Part shown: positions 11,201 to 22,328 of the stretch, one piece after another | Layout of the letters: each line of letters begins with the position of its first letter | How positions within the stretch are numbered: the first letter of the stretch is position 1 | Notes under the pieces: generated by a model | What the model was told of the DNA's origin: nothing | The model's database searches: none | The model's input: the letters and a program-made list of their open reading frames with translations, nothing else | Assembly: GCA_031398745.1 (NCBI GenBank) | Contig: JANNNX010000007.1 | Span: 8,844 to 72,843 of the forward strand | Source: Actinomycetes bacterium | GTDB taxonomy: Bacteria > Actinomycetota > Acidimicrobiia > Acidimicrobiales > CADCSY01 | Direction: 5' to 3' | DNA length: 64,000 nt | Program-made: the position numbers and the translations under genes

Positions 11201-11956
11201 TCAGCCGACGTGGCGGGCCAAGAAGTCGACGGTGGTTGCCGCCAGCAGGTCGCGGTCGAGGTCGAGGGTGGCCACGTGGAAGCTGTTCGGCAGGCTGAGG
11301 CGCTCGACCGGCCCGGCCAGCAGGGCCGCCAGGTGGTCGCTGTTCGCCGGCTCGACCACGTGGTCCTGGGGCGAAGTCGCGATCAGCACCGGGCAGGCGA
11401 TGCGGGCCAACCCCGGCTGCAGCTCGACCACCGCGTCGAACAGTGAGCGCAGCGCGGCCAGCGGGGTGACGTCGTAGGCCGGCTCGACCCCGTCAGGATC
11501 GGCGATGTCGGCGCCGAGCGCGGGGGCCATGGTGTCGCCCACCGCGAGCATGTCGTCGACCAGGGCCACCAGCGCCCGGTCGACGGGCAGGACGAAGGGG
11601 TTGACCGCGACCACCGCGGCCACCGCCTGGGACCGCAGGTCGGCCAGGGCGCAGGCGATGGTCCCGCCCATCGACTGACCCACCACCGCCACCCGGTCGC
11701 AGCGGCCCACCAGGTCGCTCAGCGCGACCTCGGCTGCGGTGAACCAGTCGTCCCACCGGGTGGCGGTCAGCTCGTCGACGGTCGTGCCGTGGCCGGGCAG
11801 GCACGGGGCCTCGACCGTGTGCCCGGCCGCGGCCAGCGCCTCGGCCAGCGGGCGGACCGAGCCGGCGGAGCCGGTGATCCCGTGGACCACCAGCACCCCG
11901 ACCGGACCGCCGCCCTGCGAGTACGGCTCGGCGCCGGGGAGGAAGGGTGAGGCCAC
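11201..11956 (-). CDS. alpha/beta hydrolase (carboxylesterase/lysophospholipase-like)
   Basis: 251 aa. VLVVHGITGS oxyanion region and nucleophile elbow GQSMGG. Confidence 0.8.
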   Translation of the reverse strand: MASPFLPGAEPYSQGGGPVGVLVVHGITGSAGSVRPLAEALAAAGHTVEAPCLPGHGTTVDELTATRWDDWFTAAEVALSDLVGRCDRVAVVGQSMGGTIACALADLRSQAVAAVVAVNPFVLPVDRALVALVDDMLAVGDTMAPALGADIADPDGVEPAYDVTPLAALRSLFDAVVELQPGLARIACPVLIATSPQDHVVEPANSDHLAALLAGPVERLSLPNSFHVATLDLDRDLLAATTVDFLARHVG

Positions 11957-11975
11957 GGCCCTAGAGTCGCACGCC

Positions 11976-12383
11976 GTGTCGACCTACCCGTTCCTCTCCG
12001 ACGAGTGGGTGGCTGCCGCCCAGGCCATCCGGGACGAGCACCGCGACGCTCTACCCACCCCCGACATCCCGGCCCGGGTGAACCAGATCATCACCGGGGT
12101 GCCGTTCGGTTCGGGCACCATCGAGGCCCATCTGGACACCTCCTCGGGTGCCCTCGACCTCGACCTCGGACACGTCGAGGACGCCGATGCCACCGTCACC
12201 GTCGACTACGACGTGGCCCGGTCGCTGTTCGTCGAGCTCGACCAGGAAGCCATCATGACTGCCTTCCTGGCCGGCAAGATCGTCCTCCAGGGCGACTTCT
12301 CCAAGCTGCTGGGCCTGCTCTCGACCGCCGGGCACCCACTGGCCCAGCAGGCGGCCGAACGCATCCGGGCCATCACCGCCTGA
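11976..12383 (+). CDS. SCP2 sterol-binding domain protein
   Basis: VSTYPFLSDEWVAAAQAIRDEH ... AFLAGKIVLQGDFSKLLGL. GTG 11976 is in frame with track ORF 11739..12383, whose upstream part overlaps the hydrolase gene. Confidence 0.7.
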   Translation: MSTYPFLSDEWVAAAQAIRDEHRDALPTPDIPARVNQIITGVPFGSGTIEAHLDTSSGALDLDLGHVEDADATVTVDYDVARSLFVELDQEAIMTAFLAGKIVLQGDFSKLLGLLSTAGHPLAQQAAERIRAITA

Positions 12384-12396
12384 GGCCCGGCCCCGC

Positions 12397-14379
<1,983 letters not shown>

Positions 14380-14435
14380 TCGGGTCGCCACTGCACCTCG
14401 ATCGTAGGGGGACCCGCCCGCGGGCCGGATGATAG

Positions 14436-16967
<2,532 letters not shown>

Positions 16968-16982
16968 CGCCCGACGCCGAGC

Positions 16983-17912
16983 GTGGGCGGGGGCCGGGCG
17001 AAGTCGAACCGGACGACTCGGGCCCACGAGAATGCCGGCGTGGCGAGGGATCGGGTGTGGCCGTGGGTGGTCAGGCTGGTGTGGGTCGGGCTGCCGCTGG
17101 CGGCCGGACCGGCGCTGGCCGCCGCCCTCGACCCCCGCTCCGCGCCGGTGCAGGCGGTCGCCTCGACCGGCCTGTGGGTGGCCTGGGCGGCGGTGCTCCT
17201 GACCACGGTGGTGCCGCGGCCCGAGGGTCTGGCCGCGGCCCGGGTCGGGTCGGCCGGGGCGGTGGCGGCGGTGCTCGGGGCGGCGGCCAGCGGCGAGGCG
17301 AGCGCGCTGGCGTCGGGGGTCGGGGTGCTGGCCGCGGGCGCTGTCACCGCCGTGCTGCTGGCCCCCGAGACGGGATCGTGGTTCGTGAATGGCGCCGCCT
17401 ATGGCGACGAGCGGCGGTTCCTGCTGCGCCCCCCCGGTTCGACGGTGCTGGTGCTCGCCCCTCTCACCGTGCTGGCAGTGCTGGCCGGGGTGGCGACCGG
17501 ACCACTGCTCTTGGCCACCGGTGAGGTGCTGACCGGCGGCCTGGCCCTGGTCGCCGGCCTGGTGGTGGCCGGCGTCGGCGTGCGCGCTCTGCACGCCCTC
17601 TGCCTGCGCTGGATGGTGCTGGTCCCCGCCGGGCTCGTGCTCAAGGACCACCTCGCCCTGGTCGACCCGGTCCTGTTCCGTCGCCGGGACATCGCCGGGC
17701 TGGGGCCCGCTCCGGCCGACACCGACGCCCTCGATCTGACCTTCGGCGCACTGGGCCTGGCCGTGGAGCTGCGGCTGACGGAGCCCGTGCCCCTGGTGCG
17801 CGCCCGCTCGACCGACCAGCGGGGCCAGCCCGCCCACGCGCTGCTGTGCACCCCGACCCGCCCCGGCCGCCTGCTGACGGCAGCCGCCGACCGTCGCATC
17901 CGGCTGGGCTGA
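16983..17912 (+). CDS. polytopic membrane protein, hypothetical
   Basis: 309 aa. Several Ala/Leu/Val-rich TM segments followed by a roughly 100-aa soluble C-terminus. The start is uncertain (GTG 16983 or GTG 17040). Confidence 0.5.
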   Translation: MGGGRAKSNRTTRAHENAGVARDRVWPWVVRLVWVGLPLAAGPALAAALDPRSAPVQAVASTGLWVAWAAVLLTTVVPRPEGLAAARVGSAGAVAAVLGAAASGEASALASGVGVLAAGAVTAVLLAPETGSWFVNGAAYGDERRFLLRPPGSTVLVLAPLTVLAVLAGVATGPLLLATGEVLTGGLALVAGLVVAGVGVRALHALCLRWMVLVPAGLVLKDHLALVDPVLFRRRDIAGLGPAPADTDALDLTFGALGLAVELRLTEPVPLVRARSTDQRGQPAHALLCTPTRPGRLLTAAADRRIRLG

Positions 17913-17938
17913 GGAACGACCGCCCCACCCCCGCCGAC

Positions 17939-19017
17939 CTACCCGGCGAGACCCCCGCCCAGCACCTCATCGCCCCGGTAGACGACCACCGACTGGCCGG
18001 GGGCCACCCGCCGAGCCGGCTGATCGAGGCGGACCACCCCTCGGGCGGCGTCGACGGTGGCGGCCAGCGGGGCGCCGTGGGCCGAGCACTGGACCTCGAG
18101 CGGGGCACCCGGAGGCGGCGGCCCGGCCACCCAGGTCCAGCTGTCGGGATCGACCGTCACCTGGTCGACCAGGAGGTCCTCCGCGCCGCCGACCCGGACC
18201 ACGCCGGCCGCCACGTCGACGTCGACGGCGTAGCGGGCGGCGGCTCCCCCGGCAGCCCCCAGGCCACGCCGCTGGCCCACGGTGACCATCTCGATCGCGT
18301 CGATCCGGCCGACCTCCGCCCCCGAGTCGACATCGACCACCCGGGCGGGGGTGAAGCGCAGGCCGCGGTCGGCCAGGAAGCCCCGCCGACCGATCGAGGA
18401 GGCCACGAAGCAGACGTCCTGGCTGTCGGGCTTGGCCGCGGTCCGCAGACCGAGCGTCTCCGCGGCCCGGCGCACCGCAGCCTTGGTCCGGTCGCCGACC
18501 GGGAAGCGGGTGCGGGCCAGGACGCTCGACGGGAGCATGTGGAGCACGTAGCTCTGGTCCTTGGCCCGGTCGACCCCGCGCCGTAGACGCCCGTCGACCA
18601 CCTGGGCGTGGTGGCCGGGCGCCGTAGACGCCCGTCGACCACCTGGGCGTGGTGGCCGGTGGCCAGGATCTCGTAGCCGAGGTCGTCGACCCGGCGCAGC
18701 AGCCGATCGAACTTGATGGTGCGATTGCACTCGATGCACGGGTTCGGGGTGCGCCCGGCGGCGTGGGCGGCCACGTAGGGGTCGACCACCCACTCGGTGA
18801 AGTCGTCGGCCAGGTTGAAGACGTAGTGGTCGATGCCGAGCTGCTGGGCCACCCGGCGGGCGTCGTCGACATCGGCCGCCGAGCAGCAGCCCCGATCGGC
18901 GTCGCCGCCCCAGAGCCGGAGGGTCACCCCGGTCACGTCGTGGCCGGCTTCGACCGCCAGCGCGGCGGCCACCGACGAGTCGACCCCGCCGGACATGGCC
19001 ACCAGGACCCGGCTCAT
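17939..19017 (-). pseudogene. mnmA: tRNA 2-thiouridine(34) synthase MnmA, frame broken by a 41-bp tandem duplication
   Basis: The N-terminal frame carries MSRVLVAMSGGVDSS (PP-loop) ... NPCIECNRTIKF ... ILATGHHAQVVDGRLRR. The C-terminal frame carries GHHAQVVDGRLRRGVDRAKDQSYVLHML... The total is 1079 nt; minus 41 it is 1038 nt, a clean 345-aa ORF. Confidence 0.85.
18578..18659. repeat. perfect 2 x 41-bp tandem duplication inside mnmA
   Basis: The sequence gcgccgtagacgcccgtcgaccacctgggcgtggtggccgg occurs at 18578-18618 and again at 18619-18659. Confidence 0.95.
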
Positions 19018-20123
19018 GCTGCCCGCCGGCGGGCTCGGAGCTGCGCCACCGCCTCGGGCACCACGGTCAACGCCCGGTCGACGTCGTCCGGGGTCGACGA
19101 CCAGCCCAGGGTGAGCCGGAGGGAGGCCGCGGCCCGAGGATCGAGGCCCATCGCCCGGGTGACGTGCGACGCCTCGACCGCCCCCGAGGCGCACGAGGCC
19201 CCGATCGAGGCGAACACGCCGGCCTGGTCGAGCAGCACCAGCAGCGACTCGGCGTCGACCCCGTCGATCCGCAGGTGGGCATTGCCGGCGACCTTGCCGG
19301 CCCGCGGCACGGTCTCGGCGCACCCGTCGATCACTCCGGCCAGGCCGTCCACCAGCCGGTCGCGCAGGGCGCCAACCCGCTCGACGGTGGCCGAGCGCTC
19401 GGCCACGGTGCAGCGCACGGCCTCGGCCAGGCCGACGATGCCGGCCACGTCGTGGGTCCCGCTGCGCCGGTCGAGCTCCTGACCACCGCCCCGAAGGAGG
19501 GGGCGCAGCTCGACCCGCGGGCGCACCACCAGCGCCCCCACCCCCTGGGGGCCACCGAGCTTGTGCCCGGAGATCGACAGCAGGTCGGCGTCGGCCGCCA
19601 ACGCGGCCACGTCGAGCCACGGCAGGGCCTGGACGGCATCGGTGTGCAGCACCGCATCGGCGCCCATGCGCAGGCGCACCTCGGCCAGCGGCTGGATCGT
19701 GCCGACCTCGTTGTTGACCAGCATCACCGAGACGAGACCGGCGTCGGTCGGGACGGCGTCGAGGTCGACCCGGGCGTGGTGGTCGACCGGGATCGTCGCG
19801 CCGCCCAGGGCCAGCACCGGCTCGAGGACCGCGTGGTGCTCGATCGCCGAGCACACCGGCCGCCCTCGCCCGACCGCCTGGGCGATGGCGGTGGCATCGG
19901 ACTCGGTACCGCCGCTGGTGAACACCACCTCTCCGGGCCGGCAGCCCACACCGGCGGCCACCACCTCCCGCGCCTCTTCGACGGCCTGACGGGCGGCCCG
20001 GGCGACGGCGTGGCCACCCGACGCGTTGCCGAAGCGACCGCCACCGATCCAGGGCCACATGGCCGCGGCCACCGAGGGGCGGACCGGGGTGGTGGCGGCG
20101 TGGTCGAGGTAGGCGCCCGTCAC
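19014..20123 (-). CDS. iscS: cysteine desulfurase (class V aminotransferase, IscS/NifS-like)
   Basis: AYLDHAATTP, FTSGGTESD and SISGHKLGGPQGVGALV (PLP lysine) blocks. Its stop overlaps the mnmA ATG (ATGA at 19014-19017). Confidence 0.9.
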   Translation of the reverse strand: MTGAYLDHAATTPVRPSVAAAMWPWIGGGRFGNASGGHAVARAARQAVEEAREVVAAGVGCRPGEVVFTSGGTESDATAIAQAVGRGRPVCSAIEHHAVLEPVLALGGATIPVDHHARVDLDAVPTDAGLVSVMLVNNEVGTIQPLAEVRLRMGADAVLHTDAVQALPWLDVAALAADADLLSISGHKLGGPQGVGALVVRPRVELRPLLRGGGQELDRRSGTHDVAGIVGLAEAVRCTVAERSATVERVGALRDRLVDGLAGVIDGCAETVPRAGKVAGNAHLRIDGVDAESLLVLLDQAGVFASIGASCASGAVEASHVTRAMGLDPRAAASLRLTLGWSSTPDDVDRALTVVPEAVAQLRARRRAA

Positions 20124-20153
20124 CCGGCGAGCGTACCCAGGGCCCTCACCGGG

Positions 20154-20212
20154 CGGTCGGGCGGTGCACCGTCCTCACTGGGTCGGCGGACACCGTCCTC
20201 ACTGGGTCGGCG
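20154..20212. repeat. 24-nt-period tandem repeat (two full copies plus a partial one) spanning the RDD stop codon
   Basis: CACCGTCCTCACTGGGTCGGCG occurs at 20167-20188 and 20191-20212, preceded by a partial GGTCGGGCGG. The TCA (stop TGA on the minus strand) is present in both copies. Confidence 0.9.
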
Positions 20213-20963
20213 CGAACCGGCGCTGGTAGTTGGCGGCCACGCAGGCCAGGAAGGCCTCGGGTACCACGCCCGGGGGCACCGAGTGACGGAGCCGAGCCGC
20301 CAGCGGCGTCGCCACCTCGGCCGCCAGGCGCCCGCGAACCTCGGCCGGGAGCGCCGGGGCGCGGGTGAGGAATGCCCGGGCCGCCTGATACTCGCTCGGG
20401 CTCAGAGCGCCCACGTCGATCGTCGCCGCGTAAGCCTCGTAACCCAGGGGCACCGAGAACCACACCGGTGCCGGCGCTCGGGCCGCCGAGCGCTCCCGCA
20501 CCACGAGGGTGCCCGCGGCCATGTCGCCGAGGCGCTGGCTGCGCGGGCTGAGCAGCATGGCCAGCACACCGATCGAGCCCCACAGCAGCCACACGTCGAT
20601 CAGGCCCACGAAGCCTCGGACCGCGGCGTGGCGGAAGCGGATGGCGGCGCCGGTGGTCGTGACCACCCGCAGGCCCAGCACCGCTTTGCCCGGCGTCCGC
20701 CCCCGCCACAACGTCTCCCAGGCGATCGGGTACCCCAGGAAGATGGCCATCACCAGGAGAGTCAGCAGGGCCAGCAGCACCGCTCCGGCCACGTCGCCCC
20801 CGGACGCGACCTGGATGGCCAGGAGCCCGAGGAAGAGGAGGGCGACCTGACCGGTCAGGTCGAGGAGGGCGGCCACGACCCGGCTCCCGAGCCCGGCGGC
20901 GTCGAGATCGACCACGACCGCCTCGGGCGTGACCAAGCGCCCGCCGCTCCAGGGGTTCGCCAT
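20199..20963 (-). CDS. RDD family membrane protein
   Basis: MANPWSGGRLVTPEAVVVDLDAAGLGSR... RGRTPGKAVLGLRVV ... RLGDMAAGTLVV. I chose ATG 20963. The track extension to 21173 runs through the repeat array. Confidence 0.8.
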   Translation of the reverse strand: MANPWSGGRLVTPEAVVVDLDAAGLGSRVVAALLDLTGQVALLFLGLLAIQVASGGDVAGAVLLALLTLLVMAIFLGYPIAWETLWRGRTPGKAVLGLRVVTTTGAAIRFRHAAVRGFVGLIDVWLLWGSIGVLAMLLSPRSQRLGDMAAGTLVVRERSAARAPAPVWFSVPLGYEAYAATIDVGALSPSEYQAARAFLTRAPALPAEVRGRLAAEVATPLAARLRHSVPPGVVPEAFLACVAANYQRRFAPTQ

Positions 20964-20995
20964 GGCCTCGGGAGGGTACCGAGCGGCGCCCGGTC

Positions 20996-21175
20996 GACGT
21001 GGGGACGCCACGTCATCCTGGGAAGGACCCCACGTCCCCACGTCGGGCCCGGGGTCGGCCGCTCTCGGACGTGGGGACCCAGGGTCACGTTGGGGAGGAC
21101 CCGACGTCCCCACGTCGGCGCAAGTCCCCACGTCGGCGTACGTCCCCACGTCCCCACGTCCCCACGTCCCCACGT
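20996..21175. repeat. array of the GTCCCCAC / ACGTGGGGAC motif in a divergent promoter region, including (GTCCCCAC)4
   Basis: Four perfect head-to-tail 8-mers lie at 21142-21173. Forward copies lie at about 21028-21041, 21106-21113 and 21124-21131. Inverted copies lie at 20996-21006 and 21068-21078. Confidence 0.9.
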
Positions 21176-21238
21176 TTGGCCCGGCACCGCCAACGCCAGG
21201 GCGGGGATCTGCCTCGGTACCCTCCCCCGGCAGGGCCC

Positions 21239-22261
21239 ATGGACATCGACCACTTCATCGCTCGGCACCAGCCGAGCTGGGACCGACTCGAGGCCCTCGT
21301 CGGCCGGGCCGGGACGGGCGCCGGGTTGGGAGGCATCGCCGGCGCCGAGCTCGACGAGCTGGTCGTCCTCTACCAGCGGACCTCGACGCATCTCTCCCAG
21401 GCCCGCACGACCTACCGCGACCCGGCCCTGACCGGCCGCCTCAGCCAGCTGGTGTCGCGCGCCGGATCGGTGGTGTACGGCACCCGGCCCCGGTCGTGGC
21501 GGGCGTTCGGGCAGTTCGCCCGGGTGACCTTCCCGGCCGCGGTGTGGTCGGGGCGGCGCTTCGTCGCAGTGGCCGCGCTGCTCCTCCTGGTCCCGGCGAT
21601 CGCCATCGGGGTCTGGCTGGGCCTCTCGGATCGGGCCGTCGAGGCCACCGCCTCCGAGGCCGCCCGGCAGGCCTACGTGGAGGACGACTTCGAGGACTAC
21701 TACTCGTCCCAACCGGCGGTCGACTTCGCCAGCCAGGTGTTCACCAACAACGTCCGGGTCGGGATCCTCGCCTTCGCCGCCGGGATCCTGCTGTGCGTGC
21801 CGGCGGCACTGATCCTCGCCTTCAACGGCGCCAACCTCGGCGTGGCCGGTGGGCTGTTCGCCGACGCCGGGGAGCTGGGGAGGTTCTTCGGGCTGATCCT
21901 CCCCCACGGCCTGCTCGAGCTGACCGCGGTGGCCATCGCCGGCGGCGCCGGACTGCGGCTGGGCTGGTCGATCGTGTCCCCCGGCGACCGGCCCCGAGCC
22001 GAGGCCCTGGCCGAGGAGGGCCGCCGGTCGGTCACCGTCGTGCTCGGCCTGGTCGGCGCGTTCCTGGCGGCCGGCCTGGTCGAGGGCTTCGTCACCGGCC
22101 GACCGTGGCCGACCGCCGTCCGGGTGGGCATCGGCGTGGTGGTCTGGGCGGCGTTCGGCCTCTACGTCTGGCACTGGGGCCGGGTCGCCGAAGCCGCCGG
22201 GTACCGCGGGATCCTGGGTGAGGGCGACGACGCCGGCTGGGCCCGCCACGCCAGGGGTTGA
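21239..22261 (+). CDS. stage II sporulation protein M-like (SpoIIM/DUF95) integral membrane protein
   Basis: MDIDHFIARHQPSWDRLEALV ... FTNNVRVGILAFAAGILLCVPAALILAFNGANLG ... LPHGLLELTAVAIAGGAG. ATG 21239. Confidence 0.75.
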   Translation: MDIDHFIARHQPSWDRLEALVGRAGTGAGLGGIAGAELDELVVLYQRTSTHLSQARTTYRDPALTGRLSQLVSRAGSVVYGTRPRSWRAFGQFARVTFPAAVWSGRRFVAVAALLLLVPAIAIGVWLGLSDRAVEATASEAARQAYVEDDFEDYYSSQPAVDFASQVFTNNVRVGILAFAAGILLCVPAALILAFNGANLGVAGGLFADAGELGRFFGLILPHGLLELTAVAIAGGAGLRLGWSIVSPGDRPRAEALAEEGRRSVTVVLGLVGAFLAAGLVEGFVTGRPWPTAVRVGIGVVVWAAFGLYVWHWGRVAEAAGYRGILGEGDDAGWARHARG

Positions 22262-22328
22262 GCCCGGGAGACCGCCGAGGCCTGGAGGTCGGCGGCGTTG
22301 TCGGTGGGTCGACGTAGCTTGCTCGCCC

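Noticed and set aside
20964-21238. Possible coding of the repeat array as N-terminal extensions of the RDD ORF (MGTWGRGDVGTYADVGT...) or of the SpoIIM-like ORF (MGTPRHPGKDPTSPRR...).
   Set aside because: The repeat unit is 8 nt, not a codon multiple. Both strands give equally open frames. The conserved parts of both proteins start at good internal ATGs (20963 and 21239).
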